Origin: Patescibacteria group bacterium
Lineage (GTDB): Bacteria; Patescibacteriota; Minisyncoccia; Phycocordibacterales; SIBU01
Assembly (NCBI GenBank): GCA_040390045.1
Contig: JAZJZC010000002.1
Span: 37,113 to 101,112 of the forward strand
Reading direction: 5' to 3'
DNA: 64,000 nt
Numbering within the stretch: position 1 is the stretch's first letter; each line of letters begins with the position of its first letter. This document shows, piece after piece, positions 37,339 to 46,174 of this stretch. The position numbers and the translations under genes were made by a program. The notes under the pieces were generated by a model. The model was not told the origin of the DNA. It did no database searches and worked only from the letters and a program-made list of their open reading frames with translations.

Positions 37339-38835
37339 ATGGACAATCATTATTTTCACACCGAACTTGTTAAAGTCGGGAAGTGGCCACTTCTGCCGCT
37401 TGATTGTGATACTTGGTTTTCCCAAGAAGTCTCGGACAATTTCAAAAAAATTTTTGGAATACCAAAAGGTTTTTTGTGGATTAATACACTTGAAGATGGT
37501 TATTTGCATGACTATGTACCGCTCTCCTATTTCAGATTGCTGTATTCAACAATTGACGCAATCAAAAAGAAAAATTACAAAGGTCTCGAAAAAAAGATTC
37601 GCGTAGTTTATGGTTTAAAAAAGATGGCAAAGAAAAGTTTGCCAAAAGTTAACCCAAGAAATCTTTCAGAAATTTCGAACGAAGGTCTTATTAAGGCATA
37701 TACAAAGAACCGTTCAATTGTTCATGAGCTAACAGTATTCGACCAGTTTGGTTTTCTCGGAGAGGAATATTGGACGCCACACATGGAAAGTATTCTAATC
37801 AAAAAGCTCGGTCTTGCGAAAGATTCTGTTGAATACCATCGAGTTATTTTTGCTTTGACCAAGCCCGAAGAAATTTCCACAACACTTGAAGAGAAACGAG
37901 CAGTTTTAGGTGAGGCTTTGAAAATTAAGAAGGGCAAAACTTCTGTTGAGAGTGCATCAGAAAAATTATCACAAAATTTTGGTTGGATGCCGGTTTTTAC
38001 GTTTGGAACTGCTTGGGATTCAGCATGGTATAAAAAGGAACTTACTGACGTTTTGAAAAAGGAACAGGATGTTCTGGAGCAAGAATTTGCCGAACTTAAA
38101 AATTATTCAAAATCACGAAATGCCGAGATTAAAAAAATCGTAAAACAGTACAATCTTTCAAAAGAAGATCTTCAGGTCTTTGTTGATTTTGGTTTAGCGC
38201 TCGATGGCAGAAATGAAGCTGAATACATCGTTAGTTTGGCTGGGTTTTATTTGATGCCTGTCTACACTGAGATAGGGGGGCGACTACAAATTCCAGTTAA
38301 TGATTTAAGAAAATTTTACGAGACCGACGTGGTCAATTGTCTTTTAGGAAAGGCTGTGCCTGTGGAAGTTCTTGTTTCGAAAGGAAATATTGTGGCAGTT
38401 GGCACTGATGAAAGTGTTGAACGCCGTATCAATTTTTCTCCCGCTGAGGCACGGGCTCTTTTCGAGCACATGGAAAAAAATGCCAAGAACGCCCAAGGTA
38501 ACAATGAATTTAAAGGTGTCTGCGCTAGCACAGGAACTGCGGTTGGTATCGCGCGCATCGTTCATTCTCCGAGTGAAAACAACAAAGTACAAGAAGGTGA
38601 CATTTTAATTACGCATGCCACGACTGTTGACTATCTTCCCGCCATGAAAAAAGCAGCCGCGATTGTTACCGAAGTTGGGGGATTAACCTGTCACGCCGCT
38701 GTAGTCTCACGTGAATTTAAAATTCCGTGCGTCGTCGCGCTTAAAAATGCTACGACCAATTTTAAGGATGGAGATATGATTGAGGTACTGGCCGATCGTG
38801 GTATGGTTACGGTCGTTAAAAGAGCAAATATATAG
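37339..38835 (+). CDS. protein with a C-terminal PEP-utilizing enzyme mobile (phosphohistidine swivel) domain, paralog 1
   Basis: C-terminus GVCASTGTAVGIARIVHSP...GDILITHATTVDYLPAMKKAAAIVTEVGGLTCHAAVVSREFKIPCVV matches the PEP-utilizers swivel domain with the catalytic His in TCHAA. Start at the ATG at 37339 within ORF 37171-38835. Confidence 0.7.
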   Translation: MDNHYFHTELVKVGKWPLLPLDCDTWFSQEVSDNFKKIFGIPKGFLWINTLEDGYLHDYVPLSYFRLLYSTIDAIKKKNYKGLEKKIRVVYGLKKMAKKSLPKVNPRNLSEISNEGLIKAYTKNRSIVHELTVFDQFGFLGEEYWTPHMESILIKKLGLAKDSVEYHRVIFALTKPEEISTTLEEKRAVLGEALKIKKGKTSVESASEKLSQNFGWMPVFTFGTAWDSAWYKKELTDVLKKEQDVLEQEFAELKNYSKSRNAEIKKIVKQYNLSKEDLQVFVDFGLALDGRNEAEYIVSLAGFYLMPVYTEIGGRLQIPVNDLRKFYETDVVNCLLGKAVPVEVLVSKGNIVAVGTDESVERRINFSPAEARALFEHMEKNAKNAQGNNEFKGVCASTGTAVGIARIVHSPSENNKVQEGDILITHATTVDYLPAMKKAAAIVTEVGGLTCHAAVVSREFKIPCVVALKNATTNFKDGDMIEVLADRGMVTVVKRANI

Positions 38836-38857
38836 TTATGTTAAGTTTAGTATTACT

Positions 38858-38995
38858 GTGGAACTAGGTCCTGAGATCAGCAGATCGAAGGGCAAGATCG
38901 TGGTATGGTTAGGGTAGTTGAAAAAGCAAAAAGATAGTATTTAAAATCTTTAGTGTAAATATGGAACTATGTCCTGAGACCACCAGGTCGAAGGG
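38858..38995 (+). repeat. two tandem copies of a 40-nt repeat (tggaactaggtcctgagaccagcaggtcgaagggcaag) that can encode MELGPETSRSKGK...
   Basis: Copies at 38858 and 38952. Copy 1 also duplicates the 3' end of the upstream gene. A third copy is at 41432. Confidence 0.45.
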
Positions 38996-39092
38996 CAAGA
39001 TAAGGGGCTTGTACGAAAAGTTATGTAATTCTCAAGATTTTTAAAAAAATAAAAACGGAACAAGTAGTTCCGTTTTGTGAGACAGTGATCAG

Positions 39093-39710
39093 TTAATCAT
39101 AGAGAGCCAGGTGAGCAGTCCCGTTGTGGCCGATGAAAAAGCTACCACCTTCTCCGACTTCTCGGCCGAGACAAATTTCTTCGGCTTTCGATCCACCACC
39201 AACGAGAGTCGCAAGGTAGAGAGCCACGAAGTTGATGAGTGGCCCGTGCGTGAAGAACAGGGCTTTTGAATTCCTGTCGAGCTCCCTAACAGAGTCGGCG
39301 ATTTTTTCGGCGGCACTTTTGCCGAGTCGAGAAAGCGCCTTTCGCACGTCGTTGTTGCTCAGGTACTTTCCCAGCTCGTTGCCGTACTCATACCAAGCCC
39401 AGCGGATGAGCCGGCCGTCTCGTGTGTCACCCGGGTAGAGCTGGGGGACAATGATGGGTGAGTTACAAAACTCGTTACCTAGCGTCGCAAATAGGAGCGA
39501 CTGTCGGGCGCGGTAGGCGGGGGAAGAGCCTTGCACGACGATACTCCCTTTGCCCGCATCGCCATGAATCCTGGTTTCCAGATTTTCCCGAAACGCCATC
39601 GCTTGCTTTCCGGATGCCTCCAGGTTGAGTGGTCGGTCGAGATCCACCGCGCCAGGCAACGCCTTAAAGTGGCGTGCAACAATTACGTTGCATAAGATAT
39701 GTGTGCTCAT
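39093..39710 (-). CDS. histidine phosphatase superfamily protein (SixA/phosphoglycerate-mutase-like), GC-rich
   Basis: N-terminal RHFKA (RHG-like) and distal THGPLINF His motif. Start at the ATG at 39710 within ORF 39093-39767. Confidence 0.6.
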   Translation of the reverse strand: MSTHILCNVIVARHFKALPGAVDLDRPLNLEASGKQAMAFRENLETRIHGDAGKGSIVVQGSSPAYRARQSLLFATLGNEFCNSPIIVPQLYPGDTRDGRLIRWAWYEYGNELGKYLSNNDVRKALSRLGKSAAEKIADSVRELDRNSKALFFTHGPLINFVALYLATLVGGGSKAEEICLGREVGEGGSFFIGHNGTAHLALYD

Positions 39711-39836
39711 GTTTATTTTGTTTTCGAAGCTAATCAGGACACTAGCATATTTATAGTCTTTCGTCAAGGATTGTAGTTGAGTTACACCTATACCCTTATA
39801 TGATATTCTTGACCTATCTTATTACAATAAATTTCT

Positions 39837-41402
39837 ATGAATCCTACTATTTTAGAAAAAATAAAAAGTTTGCATTGGATAAATGCTTGGGCGGGGAACT
39901 GGCCCCATCTGGATACGTTAGTTTTGCGCGGGGAAGCTTACGAAAAAGAGGCTGTAAAAATTTGCGGTCTATCATTACGACTTATTGAAATAATTTTGAC
40001 ACAAGATGGTATTGTCACTTTCTACCGAGCGGCTGAATGCTACGAGGCTATCGATAAAGATCTTCTAAAAAAATTCGAGGACGACCCTGGTTTTATAAAA
40101 AATTCCGCTACAGGATATAGCAAGCGCGTAGCCAGTGATGTCCGCGAACTTCAGAAAATTAAAAAAATAAAAAATCTTGCCAAACTTTCAAATTCGGAAT
40201 TGGCGGAATTGTTTGAAAAAGCCCGCAGACATTTCGAATACAATGGCATGATCGATATTTATGACTGGTATGTTGAAAAATTGTTTACGCCGGTTCTTGA
40301 AAAGATTTTGACAGAACGTCTGACAAAAATGGGGAAGGGTAATCTTGTTTCAGAATATATTTCAACCTTGGTTATTCCACATAAAATATCGGTGATTTTT
40401 AAAGAACGACAGCAATTGTTTGCGATTATAAAATATATTCGGGTGCACGAACCTTTACTGGCTTTAATAAAATCTGGCGCTGCATATACGGAAGCTTTGG
40501 GTGCAGACACTCAGTTTGCCAAGTTGTTTAAAGCCTATTTCCGAAAGTATCAATGGATGCCAGTTCTCGTGAACAATCCACCGCATACACTCGAAACAGT
40601 CTTTAAAGAAATTACTGATTTTGTAATACCTGACGCACCACTTGAAATAAAAACCAAAAGACTTGGCGATAATCATGATGAGGTGGCAATTGAAAAGTCT
40701 CACGGGTATTTGAAGGAACTCAGACTTTCTCGCCGCGAGAAGTTGCTTGTCCTAGGGTTACGAGCTATGGCTTTTCTTCGGACCGAGGATTACTGGGTGA
40801 TGAGCAAGTCTTCGTTTTTGGTTATGCCGCTTTATACTGAAGTTGCGAAAAGGCTAGGACTGACATATTCCGAACTCAAGCAATTTTTCCCAAAAGAAAT
40901 TTCAAAACAACTACGCGAGGGTACAAAAATTTCTGCCGATGAAGTACAGAGCCGTTTTAAGTTGAGTGCGTACGTAACTCTTGAAAATGACGAGCAGTTT
41001 TTTACCGGTTCGAATGCTGGTTTAATCAAGGCTGTTGTGGATGAACAGTTAAAAACTAAAAAGCATTCAAGTCAGACTAGCTGGAAGGGCGTTGTGGGAA
41101 ATGGTGGAAGCGTGCGAGGTCTTGTGCGAGTGGCGCTTGATCCAAAAGAGGCGTCGCTTATAAAAGATGGTGAGATTTTGGTGGTTACTGCCACGAGTGC
41201 TGGCTTCGTGCCGTTTCTGAGAAAAGCCGGAGGCATTATTTCTGAGTTTGGTGGACTAACGTCGCACCAAGTCATTGTTGCGCGAGAGTTTGGAGTTCCT
41301 TGTTTGGTTGGAGTTAAGGAAATTACAAAGTATCTTTCGACAGGAGATCGGGTAGAAATAGATGCCGAACGCGGTGAGGTTACTTTAGTAAAAAAAATCT
41401 AA
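39837..41402 (+). CDS. protein with a C-terminal PEP-utilizing enzyme mobile domain, paralog 2
   Basis: C-terminus GVVGNGGSVRGLVRV...GEILVVTATSAGFVPFLRKAGGIISEFGGLTSHQVIVAREFGVPCLV. The N-terminal ~400 aa are of unknown function. Confidence 0.7.
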   Translation: MNPTILEKIKSLHWINAWAGNWPHLDTLVLRGEAYEKEAVKICGLSLRLIEIILTQDGIVTFYRAAECYEAIDKDLLKKFEDDPGFIKNSATGYSKRVASDVRELQKIKKIKNLAKLSNSELAELFEKARRHFEYNGMIDIYDWYVEKLFTPVLEKILTERLTKMGKGNLVSEYISTLVIPHKISVIFKERQQLFAIIKYIRVHEPLLALIKSGAAYTEALGADTQFAKLFKAYFRKYQWMPVLVNNPPHTLETVFKEITDFVIPDAPLEIKTKRLGDNHDEVAIEKSHGYLKELRLSRREKLLVLGLRAMAFLRTEDYWVMSKSSFLVMPLYTEVAKRLGLTYSELKQFFPKEISKQLREGTKISADEVQSRFKLSAYVTLENDEQFFTGSNAGLIKAVVDEQLKTKKHSSQTSWKGVVGNGGSVRGLVRVALDPKEASLIKDGEILVVTATSAGFVPFLRKAGGIISEFGGLTSHQVIVAREFGVPCLVGVKEITKYLSTGDRVEIDAERGEVTLVKKI

Positions 41403-41431
41403 CCTACAATGTTTAAAATTTTAGTATCAAT

Positions 41432-41475
41432 ATGGAACTAGGTCCTGAGACCAGCAGGTCGAAGGGTAGAGAGAG
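41432..41475 (+). repeat. third copy of the MELGPETSRSKG-encoding repeat
   Basis: atggaactaggtcctgagaccagcaggtcgaagggtagagag. The ORF 41432-41707 runs through the terminator and is doubtful as annotated. Confidence 0.45.
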
Positions 41476-41514
41476 GAAATTAAAAAGGTTGGCTAAGAGA
41501 AAATCAGCCAAACA

Positions 41515-41548
41515 AAAAGCCCCCGGCCGTAAGGCCGGGGGCTTTTTG
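41515..41548. terminator. bidirectional terminator hairpin
   Basis: aaaaagcccccggccgtaaggccgggggcttttt. Confidence 0.7.
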
Positions 41549-41557
41549 AAGCGGCGA

Positions 41558-41755
41558 TTACGCGCGCTGTACGTTAACGGCATTCATTCCTTTTGGAGAC
41601 TCTTCAGTCTCGAAAGAAACGGTGTCGCCTTCGTGAAGTTCGTTGAACTGTACTCCTACCAAAGCATTGCTGTGGAAGAAAAGGTCCTTACTCAAGCCTT
41701 CGCCTGAGATAAATCCGAAACCTTTGTCAGTTAACTTCTTGATTGTTCCTGTCAT
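41558..41755 (-). CDS. cspA: cold-shock protein
   Basis: MTGTIKKLTDKGFGFISGE...DLFFHSNAL. 65 aa. Confidence 0.9.
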   Translation of the reverse strand: MTGTIKKLTDKGFGFISGEGLSKDLFFHSNALVGVQFNELHEGDTVSFETEESPKGMNAVNVQRA

Positions 41756-41951
41756 ATTATTTTATGAGGTTCTTCGAGTAAAATACAAAAATAAGTATAG
41801 TTCGACTTGTTATTGCTACAACACTCTTTTGTCCTAATAGCCTATCATGCATTAGTTTTTTTGTCAACCCGGTAGTGAATTTTGGCCACGGATGCTGTCT
41901 CGCGCCTTGGGTATCGCCAAAATCTACTACCGGTTCAAGAAACTGCATCAA

Positions 41952-42215
41952 TTAGTCCTTACTTGGGAAAATTTCCAAATGCAAAAGGAGCAAAAAAAAT
42001 TTTAGCTTAATGGAGCGTTGAAAAGAGTCAAAAACCTTTAATACTCCATATCGGTTCCAGAATTTTGAAATTTCGTTCGCACGAGATTCTGTCGGAGCGG
42101 CAGCAGGGTGGTTTTCCACAAACTCCACAATTTTTCCAAACATAATTTCTTTTTCCCGACCTGACATCGAAACTTCTTGGGCTCTGGTTACTATTTTTTT
42201 AAATTCCTCGTTCAT
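41952..42215 (-). CDS. hypothetical protein downstream of the ECF sigma factor (possible anti-sigma partner)
   Basis: 87-aa ORF overlapping the sigma gene by 4 nt. Confidence 0.35.
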   Translation of the reverse strand: MNEEFKKIVTRAQEVSMSGREKEIMFGKIVEFVENHPAAAPTESRANEISKFWNRYGVLKVFDSFQRSIKLKFFLLLLHLEIFPSKD

Positions 42216-42718
42216 GATGTGTGATCAAATATAGTTTTTACTTTTTTTAAACCTCGGTGAATTTTAACAGCCACCGCATTTTCAGATTCTTCGGTGATCT
42301 CGGCTATTTCTTTCAAGGATAATTCTTGAACATATTTCATGAAAATAACTTCGCGATATAGTTCGGGGATTTGTTTCAATGTTTCTAGGGCTTTGGCTCC
42401 ATCAATCTGATTTTCCAGCTGTTCGGTTGTGCTGAACCCTTTATCAAATCCTGTTTCAATCATCGCGTCGAGCGAAACGGCGCGTTTTTTTCGATAGTAG
42501 TCGGTGACCAAATTGCCCAAAACTTTGTATATAAAAGCTTTCATGTTCAGGATCTGTTCACCTTTGGCAATGTGGGTCCAGGTTTTCAAAAATGCCTCCT
42601 GCAAAAGATCCTTGGCCATTTCCCGGTCATTTATCTTAAAGAAGCAGTATCGGTATAGGGCGTCCGAATACTCTTCGTATACTTTTATAAATTGCTGTTT
42701 CCTGTTGTCTGATCCCAT
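42212..42718 (-). CDS. ECF-type RNA polymerase sigma factor
   Basis: Region 2 (LLQEAFLKTWTH) and region 4 (LSLKEIAEITEESENAVAVKIHRGLKKV). Confidence 0.8.
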   Translation of the reverse strand: MGSDNRKQQFIKVYEEYSDALYRYCFFKINDREMAKDLLQEAFLKTWTHIAKGEQILNMKAFIYKVLGNLVTDYYRKKRAVSLDAMIETGFDKGFSTTEQLENQIDGAKALETLKQIPELYREVIFMKYVQELSLKEIAEITEESENAVAVKIHRGLKKVKTIFDHTS

Positions 42719-42832
42719 GATGAGACGTAGTTACGGGCTTTCTATTACAATTCTAATTATAAATAGTACACCTCTGTCAAAACAGAGGCTAGAGTTGTTA
42801 TACACAGGTATTTTTAACCAAAATTAAGGTAG

Positions 42833-42868
42833 AAAACAGCCCCCGGCCTTACGGCCGGGGGCTGTTTT
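42833..42868. terminator. terminator hairpin, an inverted copy of the hairpin at 41515
   Basis: aaaacagcccccggccttacggccgggggctgtttt. Confidence 0.7.
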
Positions 42869-42869
42869 C

Positions 42870-43616
42870 TTAGTAGTTTGGTATTGTCACCCTAGGTGGA
42901 AATTTACTAATGCCGAAGGCTTCAATGGTATTGCCGTGTCTGTCGCCGGCGATGAAAATGATGTCGCCGATAGAGAGGGAGGTCGTAGCCATCGGATCGT
43001 CAGGCGGAACAATGATGATGAGGCGAGTTGAGGTTCCCGTATTAATATCATAGACACTTAATTTATTTCCTAAAATGTCAGTCACGACGCATCGACAAAT
43101 ACCGGTCTCATCCGGTAGATGATTTCGCGCTCCCTGAAAATATCCGCCGAAGGGCGAAGGGAGGTGATGGGCTTCAGCCTGATCTAAAAAGTCGTCGTTG
43201 AGCGCAGTGCCACGATCAATTAAAAGTCCGAGCGCAATCGTGGCTGAAAAAATGCCAATTAAGAGGTAGACCACTGGAGTTCGGTATCCAAAACGAAATT
43301 TCCGTACCATCCATTCCAAAAACAAAATTAAAATAACGTCGAGAAACAACAGTGACCAGGGGAAAATTTCCACAAACAAGAAAAGTCCGCGCCAACCGAA
43401 TAAGAGAAGGGAATCGTGGCCGTTAATGCGCAGTGTGAAAAATATAAAATTAAAAATGAGTACTGATACTAATAGTATGGCCACTGAGATACCCACGAGA
43501 ACCGCCACTTTCGCCACAAAATATCCCTTCGGACGCATAGTCAATTCTTCAGTTCTGATTTTATTGAGAATGGTTTCCTTGATGGTATATATTTTTTGTT
43601 CGGGGTTATTGTTCAT
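42870..43616 (-). CDS. membrane protein, putative anti-sigma factor
   Basis: Overlaps the upstream ECF sigma gene by 11 nt. Cytoplasmic N-terminus then 4 TM segments. Confidence 0.5.
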   Translation of the reverse strand: MNNNPEQKIYTIKETILNKIRTEELTMRPKGYFVAKVAVLVGISVAILLVSVLIFNFIFFTLRINGHDSLLLFGWRGLFLFVEIFPWSLLFLDVILILFLEWMVRKFRFGYRTPVVYLLIGIFSATIALGLLIDRGTALNDDFLDQAEAHHLPSPFGGYFQGARNHLPDETGICRCVVTDILGNKLSVYDINTGTSTRLIIIVPPDDPMATTSLSIGDIIFIAGDRHGNTIEAFGISKFPPRVTIPNY

Positions 43617-44178
43617 GGTGTATTGGTTCTAAAAGTTTTTTCAATTCGACCTTCGCTCGTTTGATCCGGATGCCGACCGTGCCCGCGGGAACTTGCAAGA
43701 TGTCGGCGATTTCTTTATAAGGCATTTCTTCTAAATAATAGAGTATCAGAATTTCGCGATATTTTGGAGAAAGTTGGTTGAGTCCGCGGTCTATCATTGT
43801 TCGCATCTCTTTTTGTTCACGTTCATCTCCCGCGGGGTCGTCGTAGGCGGTGTGAGAAACGAGAATATCAAAATCAAACAAGGTGAGCGGGTTGAGAGAA
43901 TTTTTCTTCAGAGCATTTACGAAACAATTGTGAGCGATTCGATAAATCCACGAAGAAAATTTTTGCGACGGGTTGAAACTTTTAATATTTTGGTACACCT
44001 TAATAAAAACATCTTGCACGATGTCTTCGACGTCTTCAGTCCGTGCCAGAAATTTATTGCCGTATCGCAAAAGTTTTGGTTCAAAGCGCTCGACGAGTAC
44101 GCCAAAAATTTCCTTGTCGCCGGCTTTGACAAGTAGGGCTATTTCTTCGTCTGTGTGTAGGTTTTCGCTCATCTTCAA
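43606..44178 (-). CDS. ECF-type RNA polymerase sigma factor
   Basis: Region 2 (VQDVFIKVYQNIKSF..., WIYRIAHN) and region 4 (MPYKEIADILQVPAGTVGIRIKRAKVELKKL). Confidence 0.85.
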   Translation of the reverse strand: MKMSENLHTDEEIALLVKAGDKEIFGVLVERFEPKLLRYGNKFLARTEDVEDIVQDVFIKVYQNIKSFNPSQKFSSWIYRIAHNCFVNALKKNSLNPLTLFDFDILVSHTAYDDPAGDEREQKEMRTMIDRGLNQLSPKYREILILYYLEEMPYKEIADILQVPAGTVGIRIKRAKVELKKLLEPIHHEQ

Positions 44179-44208
44179 TATTTGGAACCTTCGGAATCGG
44201 ATGCAGCT

Positions 44209-44290
44209 CGAGGCGCGAACGATTTTGCGACTAAAATGTATTCATATACATTGCAGGAGGAAAATCGTGAAGTAACGACGAGGGGCGGCG
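44209..44290 (+). repeat. copy C of the ~90-nt conserved element, 31 nt upstream of the ECF sigma factor start
   Basis: ggatgcagctcgaggcgcgaacgattttgcgactaaaatgtattcatatacattgcaggaggaaaatcgtgaagtaacgacgaggggcggcg. Confidence 0.6.
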
Positions 44291-44393
44291 ATTATGAAGA
44301 TTCCATTAATAGTACACTTTTGGGGGAAGGTTTGCTCTCACTGCAACAAACCCCCTGAGGAGGGGGTTTGTTGCCATAGTTAGTTTAATTGAA

Positions 44394-45101
44394 TTAGTTA
44401 GAAGTTGGTTTTGGGGGCTTTGGGAATTTCGGCAATACGCCGTCTAAGATATTTGTTGCTGTCACTTGGGTGCCAGAAACGCTACCTTGGATTCCCACTG
44501 TATCACCAACCTTGATATCAGCGACTGATAATTCGACCACTTTGAAAATTTTGGCGCCACCGGCATTTACCGTGTAGATAGTACCGTCGGGTCTCTTCAC
44601 GGTGAGCGTATTACCGCTCACTGCAGAAACCGTGCCGCCTAAACCTCTCTTACCTTCGCCTTGATCACCGTGATGTCCAAGGTTTGGCTTGAAGAGACCA
44701 TCGATCACTTCAGTTGCAACAACCGAAGTGCCTGTGACGGTACCGCGAACGCCTACAGTGTCGCCAACTTTGATGTCAGCGATTGTGGCAGTTGTCGGTT
44801 TCTTTCCGTCTGTCATTTTAAAGAACTTTGCGTTGGCGGCATTCACCGAGTATGTGGTTGTGGAATTTTTGCCTGTGACAGCAATGATATTGCCACTAAC
44901 TGATAGGACGGTGCCCGAAACGCCTGGACCTTTTGTGAGAAGAGAACCTTCAAACTTTGATCCGAAATGTAGGGCTTGCGGAGGAGGGGTGCTAGATGTG
45001 CTTTGGGCGTTAGCAACAGCTACCAGACCCGCTCCGCCGCCGAGTGCTACGAGGGAGGCAAGTGCGAAGAGAGATTTTTGTATTGTACTTTTTATTGGCA
45101 T
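44394..45101 (-). CDS. secreted Gly/Thr/Val-rich tandem-repeat protein
   Basis: Signal peptide. Two ~80-aa repeats (SVSGN.I.VTGKN.TTYSVNA..AK.FK ... IADIKVGDTVG..G.V.GT.V.AT.I.DG). GC-rich. Confidence 0.5.
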   Translation of the reverse strand: MPIKSTIQKSLFALASLVALGGGAGLVAVANAQSTSSTPPPQALHFGSKFEGSLLTKGPGVSGTVLSVSGNIIAVTGKNSTTTYSVNAANAKFFKMTDGKKPTTATIADIKVGDTVGVRGTVTGTSVVATEVIDGLFKPNLGHHGDQGEGKRGLGGTVSAVSGNTLTVKRPDGTIYTVNAGGAKIFKVVELSVADIKVGDTVGIQGSVSGTQVTATNILDGVLPKFPKPPKPTSN

Positions 45102-45239
45102 TGTATTTGCATAGTATTTTTTGATTGGCTAGTAACGTGAGAGGGAAGATTAGATGGCCAACTCTTAATCTCGCTCTCGTAATAGTTAATACAATCGAGG
45201 TTTCCCTTTTATTTCACATACCGCTGATTTAATTAAAAA

Positions 45240-46019
45240 CTAGAGTACAAACAAAAACACAATAAGAGCTAGGGCGAGGCGATAGTATCCAAAACCCGTG
45301 AGGGAAATTTTTGGCAAATACTTTTTAAGTATGTACAGTGTGGCAAGGGCAGTAACGAAAGAAAGTAAAAAACCAGAAATTAAATTACCAAAAGAATTCA
45401 AATGCATGAGCAGGTCGCGAGATTTGAAAGTGTCGTACGCCACTGCCGCGCCGAGGGTCGGAAGAGCTAGGAGAAAGGTATATTCGATAATGGTGGCTTT
45501 TCGTATACCTCGTAGAATGCCGGCTACGATCGTGGCACCCGAACGGGAAACCCCGGGAATGATGGCGATTGCTTGAGCGAGACCAATAATCAGCGCGTCC
45601 TTTTTGGAAATTTCCGTTGTGCCAAAACCTTCGGGGCCGCAGTGATTTTTCATGTATCCTTTTTCTAGATAGATAAAGATGGCACCGCACAGCGCAAGCA
45701 TTGCTCCAAGCAATATCATGTTGCCCTCAAGTAGCAGTTTAAATAATTTGTAGAAAATAAAACCGATTACCGCGCTTGGAATAAAACTAATACAGAGATT
45801 CGTCAGCAATTTTTTATCCGTTAAAACTTTTCTGGAAAACAAGATAATGCCAGCCAGTAACGCGCCGAGCTGAATGAAAAGTAGAAAAAATTTAATGTAA
45901 GGCTCCGCGGTATCTATTTGGAGAATTTTTGAAACAATAATGAGGTGCGCCGTTGAAGAAACCGGAAGAAATTCCGTAAGGCCTTCAAGAACAGAAAGAA
46001 TCAATAAGCCTGTGTTCAT
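45240..46019 (-). CDS. uppP: undecaprenyl-diphosphate phosphatase
   Basis: LEGLTEFLPVSSTAHL and PGVSRSGATI motifs. Start at MNTGLL within ORF 45240-46073. Confidence 0.85.
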   Translation of the reverse strand: MNTGLLILSVLEGLTEFLPVSSTAHLIIVSKILQIDTAEPYIKFFLLFIQLGALLAGIILFSRKVLTDKKLLTNLCISFIPSAVIGFIFYKLFKLLLEGNMILLGAMLALCGAIFIYLEKGYMKNHCGPEGFGTTEISKKDALIIGLAQAIAIIPGVSRSGATIVAGILRGIRKATIIEYTFLLALPTLGAAVAYDTFKSRDLLMHLNSFGNLISGFLLSFVTALATLYILKKYLPKISLTGFGYYRLALALIVFLFVL

Positions 46020-46174
46020 GGTTACATAATAGCGTTGATTTTGTTTTGAGAACAGGATCAGTGGTCGTTTCAAAGGAGAGATCGAGGTTTCGGGGGTGAG
46101 GATTGGAGGGTAGGTTTAAATAAAAAACCTCGACTGGAAGATTCGAGGTCTTCTAATCGAGGTAACTCGCGGGA

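Noticed and set aside
41432-41707. 91-aa ORF beginning MELGPETSRSKG as a real protein
   Set aside because: Beyond the first ~13 codons it reads through a strong bidirectional terminator and the antisense of cspA. Only the short repeat unit is conserved.
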